IMG/VR virus record: IMGVR_UViG_3300007987_000009
DNA length: 64,000 nt
From: a virus
Reading direction: 5' to 3' (one strand)
Within the stretch, counting starts at the first letter, position 1. Each line of letters begins with the position of its first letter. The notes beneath the pieces were generated by a model. The model did no database searches, had not been told where the DNA came from, and worked only from the letters and a program-made list of their open reading frames with translations. This document shows, piece after piece, positions 10,885 through 21,225 of this stretch. The translations under genes were made by a program, and so were the position numbers.

Positions 10885-11484
10885 ATGGCAACAATCGCTG
10901 ATATGGGAATCCCCGGTGACCTAGGAGAAGGTATTTCACAACCTCTATATAAAAATCGCTGGAGAATTCAAATGAATTTGAGAGGTCAGGATGGGGATGG
11001 CGTAAGAGCGGTTACATCAATGGCCATCACGGCTGATAGACCAAAAGTAGAATACGAAGAAATTCAATTAGATAGATATAACTCTCGTGCATTTCTACAA
11101 GGAAAGTATACCTTCCAGCCTATCACGGTCGTAATAGAGCCAGATATGGGTGGAAGATGTCATTTGGGCATCCAGAGACAAATGGAAGTACAGCAAAAAC
11201 TTATTGGTCCGGATCGTGGTTTGTATCTGGGCCAAGCAGAAGCAGGATCTGACTACAAGTTTTCCATGATAATGCAATTGTTGAATGGTTCTCACCCAAA
11301 CGCGGGTGGAACTGCAATTTTGGAAGAATGGTTTCTTGAAGGGTGTGCTTTAAACAATGTTGATTTTGGGGACCTAGATTATCAGGCGTCTGAAACAATT
11401 AAAACCACTCTGACGGTTCGTTATGACCATGCATACTTGGTAGTCCGTGGAAGAGCGAAGTCTGCCCTAGGCGGCGCTGCTTAA
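10885..11484 (+). CDS. Tail tube protein, T4 gp19-like
   Basis: PLYKNRWR, GKYTFQPITV, FGDLDY, LTVRYDHA; AGGAG RBS. Confidence 0.85.
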   Translation: MATIADMGIPGDLGEGISQPLYKNRWRIQMNLRGQDGDGVRAVTSMAITADRPKVEYEEIQLDRYNSRAFLQGKYTFQPITVVIEPDMGGRCHLGIQRQMEVQQKLIGPDRGLYLGQAEAGSDYKFSMIMQLLNGSHPNAGGTAILEEWFLEGCALNNVDFGDLDYQASETIKTTLTVRYDHAYLVVRGRAKSALGGAA

Positions 11485-11510
11485 AGTATATAAAGCTCAA
11501 TTGAAAAATA

Positions 11511-11542
11511 CAAAAAAGGCCACAAAAATGTGGCCTTTTTTT
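11511..11542 (+). terminator. Intrinsic terminator
   Basis: AAAAAAAGGCCACA-AAAA-TGTGGCCTTTTTTT. Confidence 0.9.
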
Positions 11543-11572
11543 ATAAATAAAATAAAGGTGTGGTATCTTTAC

Positions 11573-12121
11573 ATGAAAATCCTAGCTAGAGTGCAATACG
11601 CTATACGTCAAGGTAACTTCGATGAAGCCAGAGAAGTCTTGAGTCAACAATCACAAACCTTTTTAGTGAATGATTTCGGTCCTAGTTTTGTCGTCGAGCC
11701 TGAACAACAAATAGACCTTAGTTACGCAGATTTGCAGAAAGACTATGGCGGCGGTAGGGTCTCTAGGGGGCTTATCTTCCTAGAATTGGTATCTTTATCA
11801 AAAAAGGGGAAAAATCTAAATAGTGTGTTGTTGTTTGATCGAATTCCCCAATATGCTAGCGTAAAAGCTTTGGATTTTGCGAAAACAACCGATGATAAGA
11901 TCAGATTCGTTTCGGAAAGTTTGGGAATTGGAAACCTTGTATCTGAATTGAGCATCTATAAAAAAGACCTACATGAAAATACTAAGACTAGATTGGTAGA
12001 AGTGTTTGATCAAGTCAATTCCGGCACATTCCTGAGAAAGAACAATGAAGATGTTCTTTCTTTTCTCAGAAAAAGTGTTAGAACATTAAAAATTTCGAAA
12101 GAGAGACTGGTGATTAGATAA
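11573..12121 (+). CDS. Hypothetical protein
   Basis: Start moved to first ATG after terminator and TATAAATA. Confidence 0.6.
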   Translation: MKILARVQYAIRQGNFDEAREVLSQQSQTFLVNDFGPSFVVEPEQQIDLSYADLQKDYGGGRVSRGLIFLELVSLSKKGKNLNSVLLFDRIPQYASVKALDFAKTTDDKIRFVSESLGIGNLVSELSIYKKDLHENTKTRLVEVFDQVNSGTFLRKNNEDVLSFLRKSVRTLKISKERLVIR

Positions 12122-12750
12122 TGACTGGTATAATAACAGGCCCGCTTTTATACACAAACGGAAGCGCTCCCGGACCAAGAGTCGCAGATAAATTTGCCTC
12201 TAGCGAAGCCCCAAAACTAAAATTTAACTTTTTTATCAAATTTCAATTTCGTCAAAATTCTCCTCCCAATGCCGAGTCTTTGGGTGAATTGTCAATAGAA
12301 TCAAATTATCTACCAGTAAAGACAGCAGGTAGAATCACCCCTATCATCAATTACAAAGATGTTAACTATTATGGGTATAGGACTAAAGTTGCTACTAAAA
12401 CCGATTTTTCGGTCCTGAACGTTACTCTGTATGATGATTCCAGCAACAGAAGTCATGAATTGGTCGACAGCTACATGAAAGCCATCAGTCCTCTAGCCGA
12501 CGCTAACAACGCTGATAGTGTAAGAGGTCTTACTACTGTTCAAGCACTACAAAACGGTAGTGAATTGGGCATTATAAAAACTATAACACTATGGCACGTG
12601 TCGAATGGTGGAGATAAGAAAACACAATACGAATTTTTTAATCCCAAAATAACAAACATTATAGCAGACGAACTTGATATGTCTGCATCTGACGTATCCT
12701 TAATCAATATTGCTTTTGTTTACGACGGATACAAAGTTACACACCTTTAA
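12121..12750 (+). CDS. Tail-tube-fold protein (baseplate tube initiator-like)
   Basis: Resembles the tube ORF: VTLYDD, DELDMSASD, IAFVYD. Confidence 0.65.
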   Translation: MTGIITGPLLYTNGSAPGPRVADKFASSEAPKLKFNFFIKFQFRQNSPPNAESLGELSIESNYLPVKTAGRITPIINYKDVNYYGYRTKVATKTDFSVLNVTLYDDSSNRSHELVDSYMKAISPLADANNADSVRGLTTVQALQNGSELGIIKTITLWHVSNGGDKKTQYEFFNPKITNIIADELDMSASDVSLINIAFVYDGYKVTHL

Positions 12751-12806
12751 GTTTCAAAACTAAAATCATACCATAAATATGTCTGCCAATATAAGGAGTA
12801 GATATT

Positions 12807-13088
12807 ATGCTTAAACCACTAAGAGACGAGGTGTTTGTCGAAATCGAAGAAGCCGAAAAAAGAAAGTCTGGGATAATTTTGCTCGGTGGATCGGGCAATA
12901 GTAACACCGGGACCGTCAAAGCAGTGGGTCCCGGATTCCGAAACCCTCACGGGGTTGTTGAGAGTATTCCGCTTAAGCTGGGAGACCGAGTGTTTTTCCC
13001 TAGGGGTACGGGGTTGCGTATAGAACATGAAAGAAACGAATTCCTCATGCTTAAGTTTGGCGATATCATGGGTAAGATAGAGGAATAA
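12807..13088 (+). CDS. groES: Co-chaperonin GroES
   Basis: LKPLRDEVFVE, SGIIL, GTVKAVGPG, GDRVFF, DIMGKIE. Confidence 0.92.
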   Translation: MLKPLRDEVFVEIEEAEKRKSGIILLGGSGNSNTGTVKAVGPGFRNPHGVVESIPLKLGDRVFFPRGTGLRIEHERNEFLMLKFGDIMGKIEE

Positions 13089-13090
13089 CA

Positions 13091-13561
13091 ATGCCTAAGC
13101 ATAGACCCACATCTGGTGGGCGGTGGGCTGAAGGCCAGTTTCAACCAAAAAACCCAGAAAAATATCTAGGAGACCCAAATCAAATTTTCTTTCGATCTTC
13201 GTGGGAACAAGAAGCATTCAAGTTCTGCGACAATAACCCTTACATAATCAAGTGGGCGTCTGAAGAAATCGCTATACCATACCGCAAGCCTAGTCCCACA
13301 ACCGGAATGTTGGTAGATTCCATATATCTTCCGGATTTGTTCGTTGTGATTAGTGATGAAATGGGCGAGATTCGCAGGGAATTGATTGAAATCAAGCCTA
13401 AAAAACAAACACAAAAATCAAGAGCTAGAAAACCGTTACAGCGGGCAAACGAAGAATATACTCTTATGGTCAATCGTTTGAAGTGGGAAGCGGCAGAACA
13501 TTGGTGCAAGCAACGCAATATAAGGTTTAGACTTTTGACCGAAGACGACCAGTTCTTATAA
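13091..13561 (+). CDS. Head completion nuclease, T4 gp4-like
   Basis: PKNPEKYLGD, RSSWE, WASEE, YLPD, IEIKP. Confidence 0.88.
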   Translation: MPKHRPTSGGRWAEGQFQPKNPEKYLGDPNQIFFRSSWEQEAFKFCDNNPYIIKWASEEIAIPYRKPSPTTGMLVDSIYLPDLFVVISDEMGEIRRELIEIKPKKQTQKSRARKPLQRANEEYTLMVNRLKWEAAEHWCKQRNIRFRLLTEDDQFL

Positions 13562-13595
13562 ATAATTCAATGAATAGCAATGGTTTAACCAGATT

Positions 13596-14888
13596 ATGTA
13601 TAAAAAAACAGTAGAAGAAACGGCAGCAAGCGGTTCTGTGGGAGCACACTCCATAGCCGTAAGAACAGACGGCGCGAAAGACGATTTCCCAACCCAACGT
13701 AGGGGTGGGAGTTTTTTAGACTTTATGGAAAAATTTAACTCTCGTCTCAAGAACAAAGCAAACATGAAACTTGTCGATTCTAGTAGACCTTTCCCTAAAA
13801 AGCTAAAAGAAAACGTATCTTTGGATCAAGTATATTCTAAACTTAGTGGTATTCGAAATCAGGGTAGAATGGAAGACAACAATACATCCACTTACGGGGT
13901 AGAAGACGACGACGGAAACTTGATGAAAATTACCGTTAGAGGAGATCAGGCCGAAAAGTTTGAGGTTGCTTTAGCACAAGAGTTGGGTGAGCTTGAAAAT
14001 TACAAGATGACAGGCAGGGGTGGTTATGGAAGAGAAGTTTCCATAGCAGAAGTTCTATATAACCTCAAACAACAGTTTGATATCATCACAGTAGAGTTTC
14101 CCGAAATACCCACTAATAAAGTTTACAATGCGGACAAGGTTTCTGATCCAGAAGATGCAGAGTTCGGTGAAGAAGAATTCCAGAAAGACGACGCCGATTT
14201 TTCTGATGATGAAGAATTCAATATGGACGGCATGGATGACACAGACGGCGATGCTGGCGGGATGGATGATCTTGGTGACGGCGACGACGAAACACCGGAA
14301 GACAGTGAACTTCCAGAGGAAGAAGATTTGGGTGTTGAGTTTGGTGATGAGGAAGAAGACGAGGGCGGTGCCAGCGGTCTACTGAAAAATATTGTCCAGA
14401 TGTTGACTAAACAAGCAGAAGCACAAGCAGCACAGGCAGAAGCAGAAGCCGAAAAATCTCGCGCGTTGCAAGCTGAATACACTGCAATGGCCGCAAAAGA
14501 AGAGATGGCAAAACAGACCGAACTTGCCAAAATGGAACGAGAAATGGAGGCACAGAAAGAGAGAGAAAAGGACGCCAAAAAGATGGCGGAGTTGGCCCGT
14601 CACAAATTAAGCAGTGTCTCTGAAGGTGGATCGTTTTTGGGCACCCTATTAGAACTAGACGATTTGGAAAACGAAATGACCATGAGGGTGAAAAGGCGAC
14701 AAGCCCAACAGATCGAAGACCCGGCGGAAAGACGTTTGAGGCTTCAGAGTATCACCTCTGACAGAAGGCTTGTGGCACATCGAAATCAGAAAGAAAAAGA
14801 AGAGCGCGAAGAAGAAGAGCGAAGAGAGAAAGAAGAGGGAGATGACAATGCACCTCAAACGATACACAATAGGAGAGAACAAAGATGA
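13596..14888 (+). CDS. Acidic coiled-coil protein, possible prohead core/scaffold
   Basis: D/E-rich middle, coiled-coil C-terminus, morphogenesis context. Confidence 0.4.
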   Translation: MYKKTVEETAASGSVGAHSIAVRTDGAKDDFPTQRRGGSFLDFMEKFNSRLKNKANMKLVDSSRPFPKKLKENVSLDQVYSKLSGIRNQGRMEDNNTSTYGVEDDDGNLMKITVRGDQAEKFEVALAQELGELENYKMTGRGGYGREVSIAEVLYNLKQQFDIITVEFPEIPTNKVYNADKVSDPEDAEFGEEEFQKDDADFSDDEEFNMDGMDDTDGDAGGMDDLGDGDDETPEDSELPEEEDLGVEFGDEEEDEGGASGLLKNIVQMLTKQAEAQAAQAEAEAEKSRALQAEYTAMAAKEEMAKQTELAKMEREMEAQKEREKDAKKMAELARHKLSSVSEGGSFLGTLLELDDLENEMTMRVKRRQAQQIEDPAERRLRLQSITSDRRLVAHRNQKEKEEREEEERREKEEGDDNAPQTIHNRREQR

Positions 14889-15271
14889 GAATCGAATATG
14901 TTCTCGAATATGTTCTCGAAATGATAGAAGATGAGTTTGAACTGTTTGAGGAAAACGAACTATTCGAAGATGGTTCACTGATTCCCGAAATACCGGTTAA
15001 GCGTTCCAAGAGAACAGTCACTCGACAGTTTAAACGCTATGGTAACAAGTTTGACCGCCAATACCGTTGTATGACTGGGCCTAGAAAGGGTAGACTCGTA
15101 AAAAACCCACAAAAATGCGGAATGCGAAAAGACCCAAAGCAGGTGCGAGCCGGTAAAAAATCTTCACGAATGAGAAAGGGAGAAAGAGTCAGAAAGACCC
15201 AACTTGCGAAGAGAAGGGCACCATCCAAGACAGTTCAAAGGCTAAACAAAAGAATGCGTGGAGAGGCATAA
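14885..15271 (+). CDS. Hypothetical basic protein
   Basis: ATGA overlap; acidic N-terminus, K/R-rich C-terminus. Confidence 0.65.
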   Translation: MRIEYVLEYVLEMIEDEFELFEENELFEDGSLIPEIPVKRSKRTVTRQFKRYGNKFDRQYRCMTGPRKGRLVKNPQKCGMRKDPKQVRAGKKSSRMRKGERVRKTQLAKRRAPSKTVQRLNKRMRGEA

Positions 15272-16135
15272 ATGAACGTAACGGAGATTAAACCCCCAAA
15301 AAGAGTTTTGGACCAATTCGACTTTACCATATTTCTGGCTGGCGCTATCGATATGGGTTCAGCGGTGGATTGGCAAACAGAAGTAGTAAAACATCTAGAG
15401 TCTAAAAAAGACGAAAGTACAACATCTATTGGGGTGTTCAACCCCCGTCGGAATGACTGGGATGAAACTTGGAAGCAAGACATAAACAATTCTAAATTTT
15501 TTGAACAGGTGTCTTGGGAACTGTCACATATAGACAACTGTGATATTGCGGTTGTTTATTTCACAAAAGACAGCAAAGCCCCCATAACCCTAATGGAACT
15601 GGGGAAGTTGTCCGAAATCAAACCACCAGAACATATAATTGTTTTTTGTCCGGAAGGCTACCACCGTAAAGGTAATGTTGATATTGTATGTTATAAAAAA
15701 GGCATAGCGGTGCATACAAAGCCTGAAAGTTTCTATGCGGCCATAGACAAGGCTTTGGGTCTATCAGAGCCCCAGAGCGTCTCTGAGAGCGTCCAAGACG
15801 TATCAATAGTAGAATCAAGAATAGAGAAAGATTCTTCTGATGAGGGATTTGTTGAAATAGAACTATTTGAAACGATAGAGACTGCTACACTAGGAGAACA
15901 AAATCTATTGGTTGTTACAGAATATGATGAAGTTAAATCGGATGATTCTTGTATCATGGGGAATGTTACTTTCCGAGACAAAAAGTTTTTTGCTGGAATA
16001 TGTAAAGAAAATGGTAGTGTGAAAACAAATCTGTATTTTAAGCGTGATGGACAACGGGTTTCCGAAAAGTTTACGATTGTTACGACTAGTGACGAATACC
16101 CCACAGAACAAATCATCATCGCAAAGGAACATTGA
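15272..16135 (+). CDS. Nucleoside 2-deoxyribosyltransferase-like domain plus unknown C-terminal domain
   Basis: IFLAGAID, DWQ, FNPRR, QVSWE, PITLMELG. Confidence 0.85.
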   Translation: MNVTEIKPPKRVLDQFDFTIFLAGAIDMGSAVDWQTEVVKHLESKKDESTTSIGVFNPRRNDWDETWKQDINNSKFFEQVSWELSHIDNCDIAVVYFTKDSKAPITLMELGKLSEIKPPEHIIVFCPEGYHRKGNVDIVCYKKGIAVHTKPESFYAAIDKALGLSEPQSVSESVQDVSIVESRIEKDSSDEGFVEIELFETIETATLGEQNLLVVTEYDEVKSDDSCIMGNVTFRDKKFFAGICKENGSVKTNLYFKRDGQRVSEKFTIVTTSDEYPTEQIIIAKEH

Positions 16136-16192
16136 TACACACTTTTTCGTGTGTCATAAATAACATCATAAAAACAATACATTATAGTCTCA

Positions 16193-16813
16193 ATGGAAAA
16201 GAAAAAACCATTTCTTATTTTACGTGAATTCTTGAACCCTCTAGCATGTGAACAAATCATAGAAGATTTGAGGGTTCGTAACACATATCCTATTATAGGA
16301 CAAGACGGATCTCCTAGGAAGAGCATTTTCCACAATAACCTGAACACGACAAGAATCATGAGGATGTTTGACGGAGTGGTGACAAGTTTAGAAGAAAACT
16401 TCGATACAACATATCTGGGAACACACCAATTGATGTTTGAATGGTATCCAACCAAATATAAGAAAGCTGAAGCTATAGTAGACGCATATCAATACCAAAA
16501 AAATGGTGGTTGGAAAAAATCAAACCTTATTGACTTTACAGGAATACTGTGGTTAAACGACTATAATGACAAAGGAGATTTTGATCCTTTCTTTGAAGTA
16601 TATGGGGGGAACCTAAATTTCCCCAACTTTGATATCAACTTTCGTCCAGAGAGGGGTACATTAGTTATTTTTCCGTCTGCTCCAAATTTTGTTTACCACG
16701 TGGGAGAAGTATCATTCGGAAGCCTCACGCAAGTACATTTTCAGATACGAAGCACCGGGGACTTTCAATTCAATAAAGACGATTACGATTTAAACCCTTC
16801 AAATTGGGATTGA
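16193..16813 (+). CDS. 2OG-Fe(II) oxygenase-fold protein, metal ligands apparently degenerate
   Basis: ILWLNDY, GGNLNFP, PERGTLVIFPS; HxD reads IVD. Confidence 0.7.
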   Translation: MEKKKPFLILREFLNPLACEQIIEDLRVRNTYPIIGQDGSPRKSIFHNNLNTTRIMRMFDGVVTSLEENFDTTYLGTHQLMFEWYPTKYKKAEAIVDAYQYQKNGGWKKSNLIDFTGILWLNDYNDKGDFDPFFEVYGGNLNFPNFDINFRPERGTLVIFPSAPNFVYHVGEVSFGSLTQVHFQIRSTGDFQFNKDDYDLNPSNWD

Positions 16814-16874
16814 TCTTTTTGCCCCAAGATGTTTAACTACATGCCTCGAAGAGACAAAAGGTGAAATTAGTTAT

Positions 16875-19064
16875 ATGTATCTTTCTACGCAACTAACAGA
16901 AGACCGAAAAAACGTTATTGTTTGGGAAAGAGGCCCAGACGGTAAGAGGGTCGCTGTATATTACGATGCCCCATATGAATTTTTTGTAGAGAACGAAGAT
17001 TCTGACCAAGAATGTTATTCCGTTACAGGAAAAAAACTAGAAAAGATAGAGTTTACGAGCCATTATGATTTCTATGGCGGCAGGAAGAGATTGAGAGAAG
17101 CGGAAATAAAGATATACGAATCTGATATTTCTCCCGAACTCAAAGTTTTGAGTGACAACTATTACAATAGTCCCCTTGACGGGGATCTTCATGTAACTTT
17201 CTATGACATTGAGGTTGATTACGACCCAGAGAGGGGTCATTCTAGACCCGACAACCCGTATGCTAGAATAAGTTCTATCGCTCTATACCATAAACACACT
17301 GACGAATCTATCGTCCTTGCATTAAGACCGAAGACGGGCGAATGGTCTAAGGTCCAACTAGACGAACTTCCTAGAGACTTATTTGATCATTCCAAGATTG
17401 AATTACTATCTAACGAAAAAGAATTGTTGACGCGTTTTTATCAAGAGATAGAAGACAGTGATGTCGTTAGCGGTTGGAACAGTGACTGGTTCGATGACCC
17501 ATACATCTATAGTAGAACCATGAAAGTCTTGGGTAAAAAATATACGAGGTTGATGAACTTTCCAGAGTCCGATTTGGATGTTCGTGTGGACGAACGCGAG
17601 AAATTCGGCACAATGGAAATGGTGGTTAAACCTCATGGGAGAATTTGGATAGACTTCATGGAGATGGTTAAGAAATTTGATGCGAGCGAACGTGATTCTT
17701 ATTCTTTGGAATCCGTTGCTGAAGAATCTCTAGATGGGTTTCAGAAGTTGAGTTACGACAAATCTCTGTATAGATTGTATCACGAAGATTTTGACGAGTT
17801 TTTACGATACAACATTCGAGATACAGACATTTTGAAACATCTTGACTTGAAGTTCAAGTATATGGACCTAGCTTTGAACTTTTCTCATATGACAACCAAT
17901 AATATTCCAGCGGTTTTGGGAACAACTAGTACGTCCGACACAGCTATTCTAAATTTCTGCAAACACGAGCAGGACAAAAGGCTTGTGTTGCCGGATGCTC
18001 CTTATGATGTATTTGATGATGGTACAAAGTTTGAAGGTGCTTTCGTATTAGATCCACAAATAGGTCTACACGAATGGATTGCATCTGTAGACATTAAATC
18101 TCTATATCCATCTAGTATGAGGGCCATCAACATTTCACCCGAAACAATAATAGGTCAATTCTTCGAAAACGAAAAAGCGTTTGAATACATTCAAGAAAAA
18201 TCGGGAGATATACATCTTACCCTGCTCTACGAAGATGGAAATGATGAGACCATGACTGCCTCAGAATGGAGAAATGCTCTAGAGAAGCGTAACTGGGCAA
18301 TAAGTGGCCATGGGACAATTTTTGATCAGGCTAAAGACGGGGTCATACCCTGTATCTTGACGAAGTGGTTCGACGAGCGAATCGAATATCAAAAGAAAAA
18401 GGTTGACGCTTATGCGAAACATCAAGAAACCAACGAAGAACGATATAAGAAGGAAGCCGAGTATTACGACAATATACAATACTTGAAAAAGATTCAGCTT
18501 AATTCTCTCTATGGGGTATTCGGAAACAAATATTTCAGATTTTTCGATGTTAGACTCGCAGAATCCACAACCAAGACCGGTAAGAACATCCTATTGCATA
18601 TGGCTAAAAAAATAGCTCTTATTTTAGACGGAGAGTACAAATATCCTTCAAAATCAATACTTTATGGTGATACTGATAGTGTGGTCGAATCTTCAGTAAT
18701 TGAAATCAATGGGGAATTTAAGAATGTAGGAGAATGGTTTAAAGAACATTCGACAAAATACGGTACATATATGGAGGGCAAAAAAGAAATCATAAAGATG
18801 CACGGAGACAACAATTATTCACCATGTTACAACCCAGAAACTAAGAGAATAATTGATAAAGAAATTCTTACGATATACAGACACAAAATAAGTAAACCAC
18901 TATTTCGCATTGAGTTGGAATGTGGAAAAATTGTCACAGTGACAGAAGACCACTCATTGGTAGTAGAGCGGGACGGTCAATTCATTGAAATAGCCCCCGA
19001 CGACTTGAAAAATGATGATGTTTTTATAACTATCAACCGTGATACTGATAAAAGGAGACTGTAG
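16875..19064 (+). CDS. Family B DNA polymerase, N-terminal part + IntN (18678-19061)
   Basis: DIEVD, GWNSDWFD, DIKSLYPS, KIQLNSLYG, YGDTD then intein block A (SVVESSVI) and block B (VTEDHSL). Confidence 0.95.
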   Translation: MYLSTQLTEDRKNVIVWERGPDGKRVAVYYDAPYEFFVENEDSDQECYSVTGKKLEKIEFTSHYDFYGGRKRLREAEIKIYESDISPELKVLSDNYYNSPLDGDLHVTFYDIEVDYDPERGHSRPDNPYARISSIALYHKHTDESIVLALRPKTGEWSKVQLDELPRDLFDHSKIELLSNEKELLTRFYQEIEDSDVVSGWNSDWFDDPYIYSRTMKVLGKKYTRLMNFPESDLDVRVDEREKFGTMEMVVKPHGRIWIDFMEMVKKFDASERDSYSLESVAEESLDGFQKLSYDKSLYRLYHEDFDEFLRYNIRDTDILKHLDLKFKYMDLALNFSHMTTNNIPAVLGTTSTSDTAILNFCKHEQDKRLVLPDAPYDVFDDGTKFEGAFVLDPQIGLHEWIASVDIKSLYPSSMRAINISPETIIGQFFENEKAFEYIQEKSGDIHLTLLYEDGNDETMTASEWRNALEKRNWAISGHGTIFDQAKDGVIPCILTKWFDERIEYQKKKVDAYAKHQETNEERYKKEAEYYDNIQYLKKIQLNSLYGVFGNKYFRFFDVRLAESTTKTGKNILLHMAKKIALILDGEYKYPSKSILYGDTDSVVESSVIEINGEFKNVGEWFKEHSTKYGTYMEGKKEIIKMHGDNNYSPCYNPETKRIIDKEILTIYRHKISKPLFRIELECGKIVTVTEDHSLVVERDGQFIEIAPDDLKNDDVFITINRDTDKRRL

Positions 19065-19065
19065 A

Positions 19066-20016
19066 TTGGATAAGAAGATTATAAGATCAAAAATTAAAAA
19101 TATAACAAAAATTGATAATCCGGAAGAACAATATGTTTATGATGTTGTCATGAAGGATGCGGCCTTTCCATATTTTATGGCAAATGACATTTTAGTCCAC
19201 AATAGCGTTTATTTCTATTCCGGTTTAGGCGAAGAGGACATCACGGCGGAAGAGGTATCTGCTGTATCTGATGCAATTTGTAAGAAGGTCAATAAGAGTT
19301 ATCCTCAATACATGAAAAAGGCTTTTAACTGCACTGGTGGTAGAGAGAACTACATCGTCGCAGAAAAAGAAATTGTTTCTGACCGGGGAATATTTGTCAA
19401 AAAGAAACATTACATTTTACACTTGGTTGAATTAGATGGTAAAGAGGTTGACAAAATGAAAGTCATGGGTCTTCAGATCAAGAAGACAAATATTCCCAAA
19501 GCCATTAGAATTAAACTAACGGATTTTTTCGAAAGATTTCTTAAGGGAGAAAGTTGGATTGTTATCAAAAGGGACATTGTAGACTACAAGAATTCTTTGC
19601 GGGATGGGGACATTTTTGACATAGGGGTTCCTTCCGGCGTCAACGATGTCGAAGAGGGTACGCAGGTATTCAAAACTGATCCGAAGAAAGTGTATCACAT
19701 GGTCCGGGCTTCCATTCTTTACAATGAGTGCCTAAAAACTTATGAGGACCATGAATCGTATCCTATCCGATCCGGAGATAAAGTTAAAAAGTTTTATTTT
19801 CTCAAGAAGAAAAACTTTGGAATGTTTAATGCTATAGCACTACCAACGGATATGACAATTAGACCAGATTGGTTAACAGATTTCCTTCCATATGTTGACA
19901 GAAACCGCCAGATAAAATCTCTGGTAGACCAGCCCATTAAAAACATATTAGATGCCATTGGCGAAGCTGTGCCGAACAGCAGAAACACACTAGCGGACGA
20001 ACTCATTGAATTTTAG
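19066..20016 (+). CDS. IntC (19066-19203) + DNA polymerase C-terminal part
   Basis: AAGGAG then TTG start; YVYD..FMANDILVHN/SVY; KKHY, KVMGL. Confidence 0.88.
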   Translation: MDKKIIRSKIKNITKIDNPEEQYVYDVVMKDAAFPYFMANDILVHNSVYFYSGLGEEDITAEEVSAVSDAICKKVNKSYPQYMKKAFNCTGGRENYIVAEKEIVSDRGIFVKKKHYILHLVELDGKEVDKMKVMGLQIKKTNIPKAIRIKLTDFFERFLKGESWIVIKRDIVDYKNSLRDGDIFDIGVPSGVNDVEEGTQVFKTDPKKVYHMVRASILYNECLKTYEDHESYPIRSGDKVKKFYFLKKKNFGMFNAIALPTDMTIRPDWLTDFLPYVDRNRQIKSLVDQPIKNILDAIGEAVPNSRNTLADELIEF

Positions 20017-20059
20017 ATCACAAGGTATTATACTTTAAGAAACATTAAGGAAATAATGG

Positions 20060-20800
20060 ATGATAAAATTATCAGAAGACAGCAAGAACATTGTTGTCGC
20101 TGCCGCCAAATACTGTAATATGGTAAAGATCGAAGCGGTAATGATCGATAAAAAAGGCATAAGAGCAAAACAAGATGATTTTGCGGTCTATGTTATCGAG
20201 CCGGGAGACTTTGATTATTTGGAATTTGACGAAATGTTTATGAATAGAGTAGATTCCTTTGCACCTAGAATAAAGATGTTCGAAGCCTCTAATATAGACT
20301 TTGACATTTTTGTGGAAACCAAAGAAAATGACGCTGGCGATCATTTTGTTACAAAGGCAATTTTGAAAGGTGGTAAGACTTCGGTAGAAGTTCGCTGTGG
20401 TAATCCTTCTATCGTTGCACGAAACCGGTGGCCCAAAAAGTTTAACGACCCAATTGACTATCAATTTACCTTGGATAAAGAGGAACTTGCCATTTTGAAA
20501 AGAGGTTTGAGTGCAATGGGTGCGGATCATTTTGAGGTTTCGTCGGAAGACGGAGAAACCATTTCCGTTCGTATAGTAGACGTAGAGGGTGATGTTCTAA
20601 AAAAAGAACTGGATGCAGAATTAAATGTGTTAAACGATGATGCGGAAGAAGAAATGAAATTCTCGTACATATTCAAAATTCTTATTCCCTTACTCACACA
20701 AGCAGTAAGTCAAGAATCAGAAATAAGAATTTCTAGGAAAGGTGTCATGTGTTTGAACATATCCGGGTTGAGCGTATACATATTTCCGGGCGTAGACTAA
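20060..20800 (+). CDS. Probable sliding clamp (gp45-like)
   Basis: 246 aa, acidic, immediately after polymerase; inferred from size and context. Confidence 0.45.
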   Translation: MIKLSEDSKNIVVAAAKYCNMVKIEAVMIDKKGIRAKQDDFAVYVIEPGDFDYLEFDEMFMNRVDSFAPRIKMFEASNIDFDIFVETKENDAGDHFVTKAILKGGKTSVEVRCGNPSIVARNRWPKKFNDPIDYQFTLDKEELAILKRGLSAMGADHFEVSSEDGETISVRIVDVEGDVLKKELDAELNVLNDDAEEEMKFSYIFKILIPLLTQAVSQESEIRISRKGVMCLNISGLSVYIFPGVD

Positions 20801-20820
20801 AATTACAAAGGTGAATAATT

Positions 20821-21225
20821 ATGTTTGGTAATAAAAAGAAAATCGAAGCACTAGAAGAGAAAATCGAAGCACTAGAAACAGATTTAATATGCATGACACA
20901 AGAACTCGAATCCAATTTCGGCGAAATGAGTGACATTTTGGAAGGCATCAACTCTCAGATGGAAGGTTACAGGAAGTATGAAGAGAACAAAAGAATCATG
21001 AAAGATTCAGACGAACCGTGGGCGGACTTTATGACTGAACTCACCTCTGACGGAAGAGTCAAAGTCAAATTTGATTGGAACAAGGCTATGATTCAAGAGC
21101 TTAGAAGAATGGGGTTCAATGCCCAATCTGAGGAAGATTTAATTTCTGCGTACTTCTCCAAACTGGTTGGGGAGCATGGAGAGGTCATGTCACACGAAGA
21201 TTTAGAAGGGATCAAGAACGCGTGA
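20821..21225 (+). CDS. Hypothetical protein
   Basis: 134-aa ORF with RBS. Confidence 0.7.
   Translation: MFGNKKKIEALEEKIEALETDLICMTQELESNFGEMSDILEGINSQMEGYRKYEENKRIMKDSDEPWADFMTELTSDGRVKVKFDWNKAMIQELRRMGFNAQSEEDLISAYFSKLVGEHGEVMSHEDLEGIKNA

Noticed and set aside
16193-16813. Active prolyl hydroxylase partnering the GT60 enzyme
   Set aside because: HxD reads IVD and the distal His/Arg positions look substituted, so activity is not supported.
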